From Chitinophagaceae bacterium (lineage in GTDB: Bacteria > Bacteroidota > Bacteroidia > Chitinophagales > Chitinophagaceae): 64,000 nt of DNA. The notes beneath the pieces are model-generated. The model did no database searches. It saw only the letters and a program-made list of their open reading frames with translations, and was not told where the DNA came from. Both the position numbers and the translations under genes were made by a program. The stretch covers positions 2,005,859-2,069,858 of the forward strand of contig CBDHHD010000016.1 in assembly GCA_965263285.1 (NCBI GenBank), given 5' to 3'. This document shows, in pieces, positions 45,363 to 57,600 of this stretch (the stretch's first letter is position 1; every line of letters starts with the position of its first letter).

Positions 45363-45388
45363 ATTGCAGATATAAATAGATTTGATTG

Positions 45389-45422
45389 TTTGTTGAGATG
45401 AGAAATAATTATATTAGCTTTG
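45389..45422 (+). promoter_or_regulatory. Candidate Bacteroidota-type promoter (TTTG ... TAnnTTTG) for gene 2
   Basis: TTTG at 45389-45392 and TAGCTTTG at 45415-45422, separated by 22 nt, with the -7-like box 16 nt upstream of ATG 45438. No Shine-Dalgarno-like purine run is present. Motif match only. Confidence 0.25.
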
Positions 45423-45437
45423 TGTTAAAATTTATGT

Positions 45438-46770
45438 ATGCATCTTGATTTAGATAATAGCCTTCTACTATCACCTTATCAAGAGTTGTTTTTTTATGAG
45501 TGGGAATTAGATCCATTAGGCTATAATGTATTCTTTTTACAGGAAATCCATGGTTTTTTAGATATAGAAAGATTATCCTTGGCGTGGAAAAGAATAGTGA
45601 GGGATTTTTTATATTATCACCTATATGTTTCAAAAGAACAAGGTAAAATTTTATTAGCTTCATTTGATAATCGATCTAGTTCTATAGAGTATATTGATCA
45701 AGCTTTGTCATTTGATGAAATAAAGAGTTTGATTAGAAAGCCATTTGATTTAACGAATAAAAGTAGCTTAACAAGACTGTGTGTTATTAAAAAAGGAATA
45801 GATAAATATTGTATTTTGTTTGTGTGTCATCATCTTATCAGCGGTGGGATGATTATATATGAGTTTGTTCGGTTACTTTCAAATTATTATAATGATATTC
45901 ATTTTAGATATTCGATTTCAATTAAAACTCAACAACAAGAAAATCTTCTTTTTGTAAGGAAAGTTAAAGGGATGTTAGAAACACATCGTGAGATTTTAAT
46001 GAATTTTTGGAGAGAGAAATTAGAGGGAGGAGAGAGTATATCTTTAGACTTTTTAAAGCTACCTCAAGGGGCATATAAATATAATAAAGAAAATAAAATT
46101 TTTAGATACTATTCTGTTCCTCTTGAATATGTTATGGGAGTGGCAAGATTAGCGAAACAGCGTGTTGTAACAGACTATATTATTTATATAACGACTTTGT
46201 CTGTTCTTTTTTATAAACATTTATATGAAGCTCCCTCTAAATTATTGTTTTCTTTGCCCTACCTTTTAAATAGTAAGGCGTATATACAAGGAGTTAATAA
46301 TATTTTTATTCCTTTTTGTATTACTCGTACAAAGAGTTTTTTATGCTTGCTGGAGGATACAAAAGGATTTTTTAAGGAAATTAAAAAGACATTAGTAATA
46401 GGAGAAGAAGTTATTCCTGCCTATACCCCTACTTATTGGATGATAGATGCAGGGGATATTCATAGATTAGATAGGCCAGTAGCGCTAGTGCAACAAGACA
46501 ATGTGAGTAAATTATTGTTTTCTTTTGATGGCACAAGTAAAGGAGAGTGGCAATATGATACGTTTGAGAGCACTATGTTTTCAGATAGGCTAACAATAAA
46601 TATGCAAAGAGTAGGTGAACAAGGTATTCGTTTTTTTGTGGAATGCAAAGAAACTGGAATAAATGAGCAGTTAATGGATGTTTTTTTTGAAAGATATTTT
46701 AAATTGTTAGGGGATGTTTTGTTAGATGCAACTAAAACTATTGGCGAATATAATATACTTACAGATAAGG
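45438..46770 (+). other. N-terminal condensation domain of gene 2 (starter position, degenerate active-site motif)
   Basis: About 445 aa preceding the first A domain. LSPYQELFFYEW at the N-terminus and HHLISGG instead of HHxxxDG. No close sequence relative among the other C domains in the window. Confidence 0.7.
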
Positions 46771-48628
46771 AATATCAATACCTGTTATATGATTACAACA
46801 AAACAGAAAGAGACTACCCCAAAGATAAAACCATACACCAGCTATTTGAAGAACAAGTAACACGAACGCCGAATAACATAGCAGTGGTATTTGAGGAGAA
46901 AGAATTAACTTATCAAGAGTTAAATAATAAAGCTAATCAGTTAGCCTATTATTTGTATAATAATTATCAAACTAAAGCGGATGATATTATTTGTTTGTTA
47001 TTAGAGCGCAGTGAATGGATGATTATTGCTATTTTAGGGGTGCTTAAGAGTGGAGCTACTTATTGTCCTATCTCTCCTGAGTATCCCGAAGAGAGAGTGT
47101 TGTTTGTTTTACAAGACACTCAACCTAAGTGCTTAATTACAAATTGCAAATTGAAAATTGAAAATGTTCAGTTTCCAATTGTTAATGTAACAGATGAACA
47201 ATTTCTAAAAGAATTATATTCATTTACCATTAACCATTTACCATTAACCATTAGCTCTCGTTCTTTAGCATATATTATCTATACTTCAGGTACAACGGGG
47301 AATCCTAAGGGAGTGATGATTGAACATGGCGGAGTTATAAATCTTATCTATGCTTTAGATAAGAGTCATTTTTGGCAAGATGAAGAAAGAATGCTTAATT
47401 TTTTCTCATATATTTTTGATCCATCAGTGGAGCAATTTTTTATACCTCTTCTAAAAGGATTTACTCTTTTTATGATATCAGAAGAGTTAATACAAGATGT
47501 AAATGGTTTAATTAATTTTATAAACAAAAATAAAATTACACATTTTGACACGACACCTTCTTATTTTGATAGTTTGCCAATAGTTACATTAGCAACATTA
47601 AATAGATTGATTCTTGGGGGAGAGAGGTTAACAAAAGAAACAAGAAATAAAGCATATAAAACAGTATTGGATAATACACTTTTTTTTAATGAGTATGGGC
47701 CTACGGAGACTACTATTACTAGCCTTGTTTCTTCTTTAAACAATACAATTGATTTGAATATAGGATCTCCCATATCTAACACTTGTATATATATATTAAA
47801 TAAAGAGGGTCTTTTATTACCCCAAGGAAGCGTTGGTGAGTTATACATTGGAGGCGATGGAGTGGCAAGAGGATATTTGAATAGACCCGAATTAACTGTG
47901 GAACGGTTTATAAAAAATCCTTTTCAAACAGAAGAAGAGAAACAAAAAAATAGAAATGGGCGACTATATAAAACAGGAGACATAGTGCGCATGCTACCCG
48001 ATGGCAATATTGAATATATAGGCAGAAATGATTTTCAAGTGAAGATACGAGGCTATAGAATTGAATTAGGGGAGATAGAGAATAGAATTCAAGGATTTCA
48101 GACTAGGATTGAAGGATTAAAGGATGAACAAGTTATTGAACAAGCTGTAGTATTGGTTAATGAGAAAGCGGATAATAAATATTTAGTGGGATATTTTGTG
48201 GCTAAGGAGCAAGTGGATGTAGAAGAATTAAGAAGCTATTTATCTAAGCAATTACCAGAATATATGGTGCCTACAGGACTAGTGCAAATAGAACAAATGC
48301 CTTTAACGGTGAATGGTAAGTTAGATAGAAAAGCATTGTTAAATATTGAATATAAAATAATTGATGAGTCTATAGAACTGCCAAAGAACAATACGGAAGA
48401 GCTATTGTTAAAGATATGGTCAAATTTATTGAAAATCTCAGAATCTGAGATAAGTGTAACGCAATCTTTTTTTAGATTAGGCGGGAATAGTTTGCTGTCT
48501 ATTCGATTGGTTGGTCAATTGAATAGAGAGCTGCTAGTGCAACTAAGTGTAAAAGATATTTTTGCTTATCCTACTATTAGAGAGATATCGCATATCATTG
48601 AACAAAAAGATACGGGATTTGTATATCA
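45438..48628 (+). other. Gene 2 module 1: N-terminal C (starter position)-A-T
   Basis: C1-like LSPYQELFFYEW. C3 reads CHHLISGGM (His 45828-45833; GGT 45843-45845 where Asp is expected). Pocket code DPEDIGEITK (GAC 47547-47549 versus CAC in gene 1 module 10). T GGNS with Ser 48489-48491. Confidence 0.8.
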
Positions 48629-51600
48629 AGATTATATGTTGACTGATATAAAAAAGGAGGATTATAGTTTGTTTCCGTTAAATAATGTGCAACAAGCTTA
48701 TTATATGGGGAGAATAGATTTGTTTGAGATAGGCAATATTTCTACAGGGGGCTATAGTGAGTTTGTTGTGGATGATTTATCCGTTGAAAATTTAGAAAAA
48801 GCTTTAAATCGTTTAGTGCTAAGACATGCAGGTTTGCGAACTGTTTTTACTGATCAAGGTCAACAGATTTTACCAGCTGATAATTGTCATTATTCTATTC
48901 CTGTTAATAAAATAACGACAGAAGAAGCCTTGTTAGATATTAGGAACAGGCTATTAAATATGAAGGTAGATGTAGCAAGGTTTCCTATAATCGTTATAGA
49001 AGTGTCAGAGTATAAAGGTTCGTATGTTATTCATTTTATGTCTGATGCTATTATTATGGATGATAATAGTATGCGAATATTTTTTACTGAGTTGGTAAAG
49101 ATTTATAATAATCTGGATATTGTATTGCCCACGCTGCATATTACATATCATGAATATATTTTAGCGCTACAACGCATTCGTGATAGTAAATTGTTTGACA
49201 AAGCAAAAACATATTGGGAGACTAAGTTAGAGGATTATGATTTTAGCTGTAATCTTCCGATAGTGATAGAACCATCAATGGTTAAGCAGTCTACTACTAA
49301 AAGGGGTTTAAGGATAATAGAGAAAGAGACGTATGATATATTACAGGAGAAATTAGCTAAAATACAACTGAGTCCTACTTCGCTGTTATTGTCATTATAT
49401 GGTAAGGTATTATGTCGTTGGTCAGGTCAAGATAAATTTAGTATTAATTTGACTTTGTTTAATCGCTTGCCGTTACATAAAGAGGTGAATGATATATTGG
49501 GTGATTTTACAAATTTAGAGTTGTATAATTATGATGATGTAAAAAGTAGAGATATTGTAGAGCATTATTTAAAAGGAGTACAAAATGTTCTTTGGGATGA
49601 TATAGAGAATAATCTATTTGATGGGATTGACTTTCAAAGATTGATAAGAGAGCGAAAACAATGGTCTATTTCCAAGGCTATAGCTCCGATTGTATTAACG
49701 AGTGTATTAGGATTTAAAGAAAAAAAAGAAGAAGGGGATGTTGTTAATTTATTTGGGCGACAACATTATTCTATTTCAAGAACATCACAGGTTTGGATAG
49801 ACAATGCGGTATATGAAGATTATAATGGCAATTTGATTCTTCGTTGGGATTTTGTAGAGCAGTTATTTTTACCTGAAGTAATAGAGGGGATGTTGGATGA
49901 GTATGCTTATTTGATAAGGAAGATAGCAGCGATGGATATACAGAGGGATAGATTGGAATTTTATAGATTGCCTGCCACTTATCAACATATTATTGAAAAA
50001 TATAATGCTACTGCAGAAGAATATGATGTGAAGACAATTATAGACTTCTATGACAACTGTGTTATACAAGATGCATGCAAGTGTAATGCTATTGCTGTGG
50101 TGGAAGGAGGGAATAATAAGCAAGCATATAAACATAGAGAAGTGGCTATAGGATTTAAAAATATAGCTACTCATCTATATAAGTATTATAAAGAAGAACA
50201 AACTGTTGCTATTTTATCTGAGAAAGGCTACAATCAAGTAGTGAGTAGTCTTGGTATTATGCAATCGGGTCAAGCTTATATTCCTTTGAATATTCATTGG
50301 TCTGCGAGCAGGATACTTGAGATAATGGAGGAGAGTGGCACGAAGGTGTTATTGATTTCTAAAAAGGAGTATGAGCATAAGAGACAATTACAAGTATCAA
50401 ATATAAGGCTATTGATTATTGAGGAATTATTAACAAAAGAGCGGGAGAAAAATATTCATTTGCCGATTGTATTGCTTTCAGATATAGCTTATATTATCTA
50501 TACGTCAGGTAGTACGGGTAAACCTAAGGGAGTGGCGATTAGCCATGAGAATATGATGAATACCATTATAGCAGTGAATAATAGATATAAAGTTACAGAA
50601 AAGGATAGTGTATTGGCATTGTCTGAATTGAGTTTTGATTTATCTGTTTATGATATTTTTGGTTTGTTATTAGTGGGAGGGGGAATTGTTTTTGTGAATG
50701 ATGAAGAGAGACAAGATCCTCATCATTGGTTATCGCTCATTGAAAAGCATAAAATTACTTTATGGAATACAGTGCCTCAATTAGCCGATTTGTTGGTAGA
50801 TGAGGCAAGGACGAGAGAAATGAGATTGGATAGTATAAGACTATATCTGTTAAGTGGCGATTGGTTGCCTTTGCAATTACCTGACAAGATAAAACGGCAA
50901 TCTAAAGATACACAAGTAATAAGTTTAGGAGGAGCAACGGAAGGCAGTATTTGGTCAATATGGTATGAGATTAAGAATATAAATCCAGATTGGAAAAGTA
51001 TTCCTTATGGTTATCCCATGCCTAATCAGCAAATCTATATTTTAAATCACGAATTGATTCATTCACCTGTTGGGGTTGAGGGAGATATTTATATAGGAGG
51101 CAAGGGAGTGGCGCAAGGATATTGGAATAATGAGGAGCAAACAGACAAACAATTTAAAGAACATCCCGAATTAGGGAGGATATATAAAACAGGAGATAGG
51201 GGTATTTTGCATGCAGAGGGATGGGTAGAGTTTAGAGGCAGAAAGGATTTTCAAGTGAAGATAAGGGGGTACAGAGTAGAATTAGAGGAGATTGAAAATA
51301 AATTAAATAAATTAGAGGGAGTTAAACAATCGGCAGTGCAGTTGTTTAAAAAGAATAATAGTGAAGTGTTGGTAGGCTTTGTGGTTAGAGAGCAACTAAT
51401 AACTAAAGGAGTAGATGAAAACTTTGATAAGGAAGTCTTTAAGTTAGAACAAAGAGGAATAAGAAAGGATTTAACAGATACTATAACCTTTAATGATAAT
51501 GGTATTGATGAGGAGTTATATAGATTAACTAAGAGCTATAGGAATTTTGGAGATAGATTTGTAGATGCTTCATTGATAGATACTATTATTAGAGAAGCCA

Positions 51601-54600
51601 AACATATTAAAGTAAAAACAAAAAATGTAGGAGATTCTTTGCTAACGAAAGACAAGATAGCAAGGGTTTTAACGAGATTACAGGGCAAGTCCTTATCAGA
51701 CAAGATACTGCCAAAATATCTATATCCGTCTGGAGGTAGTGCATATCCAATAGAATGTTATGTAAGGGTTTCGGCATTAGGAATAAAAGGGATAGAGGGA
51801 GGTGTGTATTACTACCATCCTCTTAATAATGCACTTCAAAGAGTAGAGGATCATAGCAATAATAATCAAGATAGTATTGAGTTGATAGTGAATTGGTCGG
51901 CTATCAAGCCTTTATATGGTGATTTTGCGGATAAATTAGTATGGATAGAATTAGGACATATTTTGGAGTTGTTGTCTACCGAGTTAAATAGATTGGGAAT
52001 TGCCTTTGATATTCAAATTAAGCAAGAAAACAGGGATGAATCTAAAATGGTTTTAGCGGAGATAGTTTTAGGCGTTGATGGTAATCAAATAGAGCAATTG
52101 ACAAGTGAATTGACCGCCTACTATGTGAGCAAGCGAGGGAATATATATGAGGGTTTAATAGATTTAGATAAGTATAGTGTATTTGACAGAGCAATAGAAC
52201 AAGCCAAGATATTAGAGAATGGCAAGGGTATGATTGTTGTAGAATGTGATTCTCGTATAGACAAGGCATGCATTGTCTCTCAATGGATAGGTTCGGGTAT
52301 AATGATTGAGAGGGTAAAACAGCAATTATTGCAATATGATATAGGCGGTTGTCCTTTAGGCAGTGAGTTTGGAGAGAATGAATTGTATAGTATGGTAATA
52401 GGATATATTGCAAACGAGGAGAAGACGAAGGGAGAAAGCAAAGTGGCAGTGGATAAATTAAGTAAGGTGATAAATGATAATTTAGGATTACCAGATTATA
52501 TGTCATTGCAGGAGATAGTGTTTTTAGATAGTATGCCCTTGACGGCAAATGGCAAGTTAGATAAGTCTCGTTTGTCTGACCCTGAAATAGAATGGCAATC
52601 GTATATAGCCCCCGTTACTAAAGAGGAGCAAGAGATGGTGGAAATATGGAGCGAGATATTGAATATAGATAAAGGTAAGATAAGTATTGAGGGTAGTTTT
52701 TTTAATTTAGGTGGTCATAGCATTACAGCGATACGGCTGATTAGCAAGATAAATAGTCGCTTTAATTTTGGATTATCTTTTAAGGATTTATTTGAATATC
52801 CTACCATTAGAGGCCTGATAAAAAATAGTATAACATTAAAGCAAAGAGAGCAAGAAGGGGATTATATGCCGTATCAATTAATAGATAGCGGTGTTGTTAT
52901 TTCTAAAGAAGATTATGAGGATTGTTACCCAGCGGGGATGTTACAGTTAGGCATGTTTTTTGAACAGGAGAAATTAGGACATGGTACTTATCTTGCATTT
53001 CAGATACAATATTTTTCGGGAAAATGCAATAGAGAAAAAATAGAGAGCTGTCTTCAGACCATTATTAATAGGCATGATATTTTAAGAACGGTGTATAGGA
53101 TGTTAGAAGATGGCAATATCTATGCCCTGGTGCAAAAGCGAGTAGAGGTAAAGAGTAAGTTATTTTTTGTTACCGATAGTATTGAAGAGGTTAGAAAGAA
53201 AGAGATAGCATTAGCATTTAATAGAGAGATAGCGGGTTTATATAGATTCTATATTATTGAACAGGCAGAAGGTTTTGTGTTATTTTTTAGTTTTCACCAT
53301 GCCATTTTAGATGGGTATAGTTTAAACTTATTTATAAGGGAATTAGTTGATCTGTATCAGCATGATAATGATAAGCTATATGAAGAAGAGCAATCAAAAT
53401 TATTATATGGGGAATTTATAAGAAATGAGCTATCTGCATTAAAGAATGAAGATACAAGATTGTTTTGGCGGGAATATTTAGCGGAAAGTATATTGTTGAC
53501 TCCTCAATGGAATTTTAGTAAAAGCAATGGAATAAGTGTAGTAGCAGAACGACAACAGATAGAAGGATTACGCTTAAGACAGATAGAAGATATAGCGAGT
53601 AAGTATAGCTGTACAGTTGAAGAGTTATTATTATTATCTTATATGACTGTGTTGTCGTTATTTTTTAATGAGCGAGATATTACAATAGGGTTGGAGAAAC
53701 ATAATCGTATAGAGAAAGAGGGAGGGGATAGGCAATTAGGATTATTTGTTACGATGTTACCTTTCAGGTATGAGCTAAGAGATAAGGAAGCATTAGGTAC
53801 AGCATTAAGCAGATTAAGAGATAGTGTAAGAAAGATAGTGAATCATAAGCAATACCCTTATAATGAAATCAAGCAACAATTAGGAGGCAGAGATTTGTTT
53901 GATATAGCATATAGTTATAATGACTTTAGCCATTTTGTAGGGAATGAAAAGAGAACTCATATAAATGAGTTTTTAAATGAGGAGCTTAGCAACATAACAA
54001 GTATTCTTTTTATATGTAAAGTATATAAGTATAGTGGTGGATATGGGTTTGTTTTTAGTGGACACAGTAACAATATTGATCAAGCATATTTATCTTATTT
54101 TGTAAGATACTATAATAGTGTATTAGATCAATTATATAAAGAAGAAAGGGTGGTTTTTAAATTGATGGATGAAGACTATCAGTATTTAGTGTATGATTAC
54201 AATAAAACAGAAAAAGAATATCCTAAAGACAAAACCATACATCAGTTATTTGAGGAGCAAGTGGCACGAACGCCGAATAATATAGCGGTGATATTTGAGG
54301 ATAAAAAATTAACTTATCAAGAGTTAAATAACAAAGCTAATCAGTTAGCACACTATTTGCATAATAATTATAATACTAAAGCGGATGATATTATTTGTTT
54401 GCTATTGGAGCGAAGTGAGTGGATGATCATTTCTATTTTAGGAGTGCTTAAGAGTGGAGCTGCTTATTGTCCTATCTCTCCTGAGTATCCCGAAGAGAGA
54501 ATTTTATTTATTTTACAAGACACTCAGCCTAAATGTTTAATTACAAATTGCACATTGGAAATTGAAAATGTTCAGTTTCCAATTGTTAATGTAACAGATG

Positions 54601-57600
54601 AACAATTTCTAAAAGAATTATATTCATTCACCATTCACCATTTACCATTAATCATTAGCTCTCATGCTTTGGCATATCTTATTTATACCTCAGGAACAAT
54701 GGGGAATCCCAAGGGAGTGATGGTAGAACATGGTTCAGTAATAAATCTTCAAATGGCACAGAGTAGAATATGGTTAGTGCCTATAAAAGAAAATAAGATT
54801 TTTAGATTATTGTTATATGCTAATTATTCTTTTGATGCATTTGTTTCTGAGCTATTTGTCTCTATTTGTAATGGACACACCTCTTATCTCATATCTTCAG
54901 ATATACAACAAGACTTTTATCTATTAGCAAATTATATTCAAATTAATAATATAGAAATAGCCACTTTACCCCCAGCTATTTTACAAAAAGATGTTTTTTT
55001 GTCTCTTGATAAAATGATATTAGCAGGAGAATCACCGAATATAGATATAATAAAAAGGTATTATGAACAAGAGATAGAAGTATTTAATGCGTATGGACCC
55101 ACTGAAATTACAGTGTGCGCTACCATGCATCATTATAGCATGGGTGATAACAATAATAATATAGGGAAGCCTATAGATAATAAGTCTATATATGTATTAA
55201 ATAATAATCTACAGTTGTTACCCATAGGATCTATTGGCGAATTATACATTGGAGGTGATGGCTTGGCAAGAGGATATTTGAATAGACCCGAATTAACTGC
55301 GGAAAGATTTATTAAAAACCCTTTTCAAACAGAAGAAGATAAAAAGAAAGATAGAAATAGCAAACTCTACAAGACAGGTGATTTGGTTAGAATGCTCCCC
55401 GATGGTAATATTGAATATATAGGGAGAAATGACTTTCAAGTGAAGATAAGGGGTTATAGAATTGAATTGGGAGAGATAGAGAATAGGATTCAAAGATTTC
55501 AGACTAGGATTCAAGGATTTCAGGATTTTAGGATGATAGAACAAGCTGTGGTATTGGTTAATGATAAAGGAGATAATAAATATTTAGTGGGTTATTTTGT
55601 GGCTAAGGAGCAAGTGGATGTAGAAGAATTAAGAAGTCATTTGTCTAAGCAATTGCCTGACTATATGGTGCCTACAGGGCTGGTGCAAATAGAGCGGATG
55701 CCTTTAACGGTGAATGGCAAATTGGATAGAAAGGCATTATTAGCCATAGAATATAACCTTACTGATAGCAAAGAATATAAAGCCCCTAAAAATGAATTAG
55801 AACAACAGCTACTATCTATTTGGGAGAAATTACTGGGCAATAATAACATAGGAGTACAAGATGATTTTTTTAGGGTAGGGGGAGATAGCATTAAATCTAT
55901 TCAGTTGAGTAGCAGAGTGAGAAGTGAATTAGGAAAGGAATTAAGTGTGAAAGATGTTTTTGAACATAGAACCATTGAAAGAATGGTAGCGCATGTATTG
56001 AGTAACCATCAAATTAAAGTGTATCTATCTGAACAAGGCAAACTATCAGGCGAGTTGTCCTTATTGCCGATACAACAATATTTTTTTGAATTAAAACTAA
56101 CGAATGAACATCATTATAATCAATCTTTTTTAATAGAGACCCCAGAATTAGAGATAGAAAAATTGAAGATAGCGATAGAAAAAGTTGTTGAACACCATGA
56201 TGCATTCAGACTTACCTATAGAAAAGATGCAGAAGGAAATATTATTCAATATTATGATAGTAAGAAAGAAGCCATACTATTAGATGTTCTTGATATTAGC
56301 GAATGGAATGTGCAAGAAGGAACTGTTGTATTTGAAGAGAAATTAAAAAAGCAATACACGAGTTGGCAAGATAGTTTTAACATCTACGAGAGGAAGACTT
56401 ATCAAATAGCTTATATTCATGGCTATAAAAATAAGACAGCGAGAATATTTATTGCTGCACATCATCTTATTATTGATGCAGTGAGTTGGCGTATTTTGTT
56501 GGAAGATATAGAAACAGTGTATGCAGGCAAGAAGCTATTAGCTAAACGAACCAGCTATCGCCAATGGGTAAATTTGGGGAAAGATTATGTCGCACATTAT
56601 CCCAATGAATTAAGTTATTGGGAAGGTGTAGAGAAGAAAGTGCAAGAGAATATTGCAAAATTATCATCAAAGATTACTATACAAGAAGAGAGCTATTTTA
56701 CAATTATTACAATAGATAGAGATATAACTAATTATCTATTGCTATCTTCGAATCAAGTATTTCATACAGAGATAAACGATTTATTATTAACTGCCTTAGC
56801 AAGAGCCTTAGGAAAGTTATTTGATGAGCAGGAGGTATCTATTCTATTAGAAGGTCATGGGAGAGAGTCGTTACAAGACGATATAGATATTTCTAAGACA
56901 ATGGGCTGGTTTACGAGTATTATACCTATTCATTTGCCTATATATGATAATGTGCAAGAGTCAATTATTGAAGTAAAGGAGGAGTTGAGAAGAATTCCCA
57001 ATAAAGGCATTGGTTATGGATTTATAAGAGGCTATAAGCATTTGCCAAAGATTAGCTTTAACTACTTGGGAGTATTTAAGAAAGAAGAGCAACAAGATTG
57101 GTTTTTAACAAACGAATCAAGTGGGATATCGGTATCTAATAAAAATAAAAGCAATCTTTGGTTAGATATCAATGGGGGAGTGGGTGTAAATGGTGTTTTG
57201 GTATTTTCAATACGAGGAAGGCTGACTAAGGAATATATAGATAATCTTTCAATATATTTTAAGCAAGAAATGATTGTTATTACTAATTATATTCAGTCAG
57301 TCAATCGTTCTTATCTTACTACAAGTGATACGAATTATATAGTAAGCAAGGACTTGCTCAATAGATTGCAACAAGAAAATGAGATACAAGCCATTTATGT
57401 AGCCAATAGTTTGCAAGCAGGATTTATTTATCATTATTTGAGTAAGTCTGAAGGAGACGATGCGTATAAAGTTCAGTTATTGTGGAAATATAAAAGCCAA
57501 GTGAATGAGGATTATTTTATTCAGTCATGGCAACAAGCCTTAGATCGTTATCCTGGGTTAAGAGTTCGGTTTAATTGGGAAGAAGAGATAGTGCAGATTA

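Larger units (their letters stand above)
32380..45350 (+). repeat. ~13-kb segmental duplication, gene 1 copy (T-Cy-A-Ox-T-C-A-T-E-C-A-T-TE)
   Basis: Collinear with 48330-61292 at offsets of 15,948, 15,945 and 15,951 nt. The A3-A6 cassette of the middle A domain differs between the copies. Confidence 0.88.

Noticed and set aside
45409-45663. An 84-aa minus-strand ORF overlapping the start of gene 2.
   Set aside because: It is antisense to the well-supported N-terminal C domain, has no motif, and is probably spurious.
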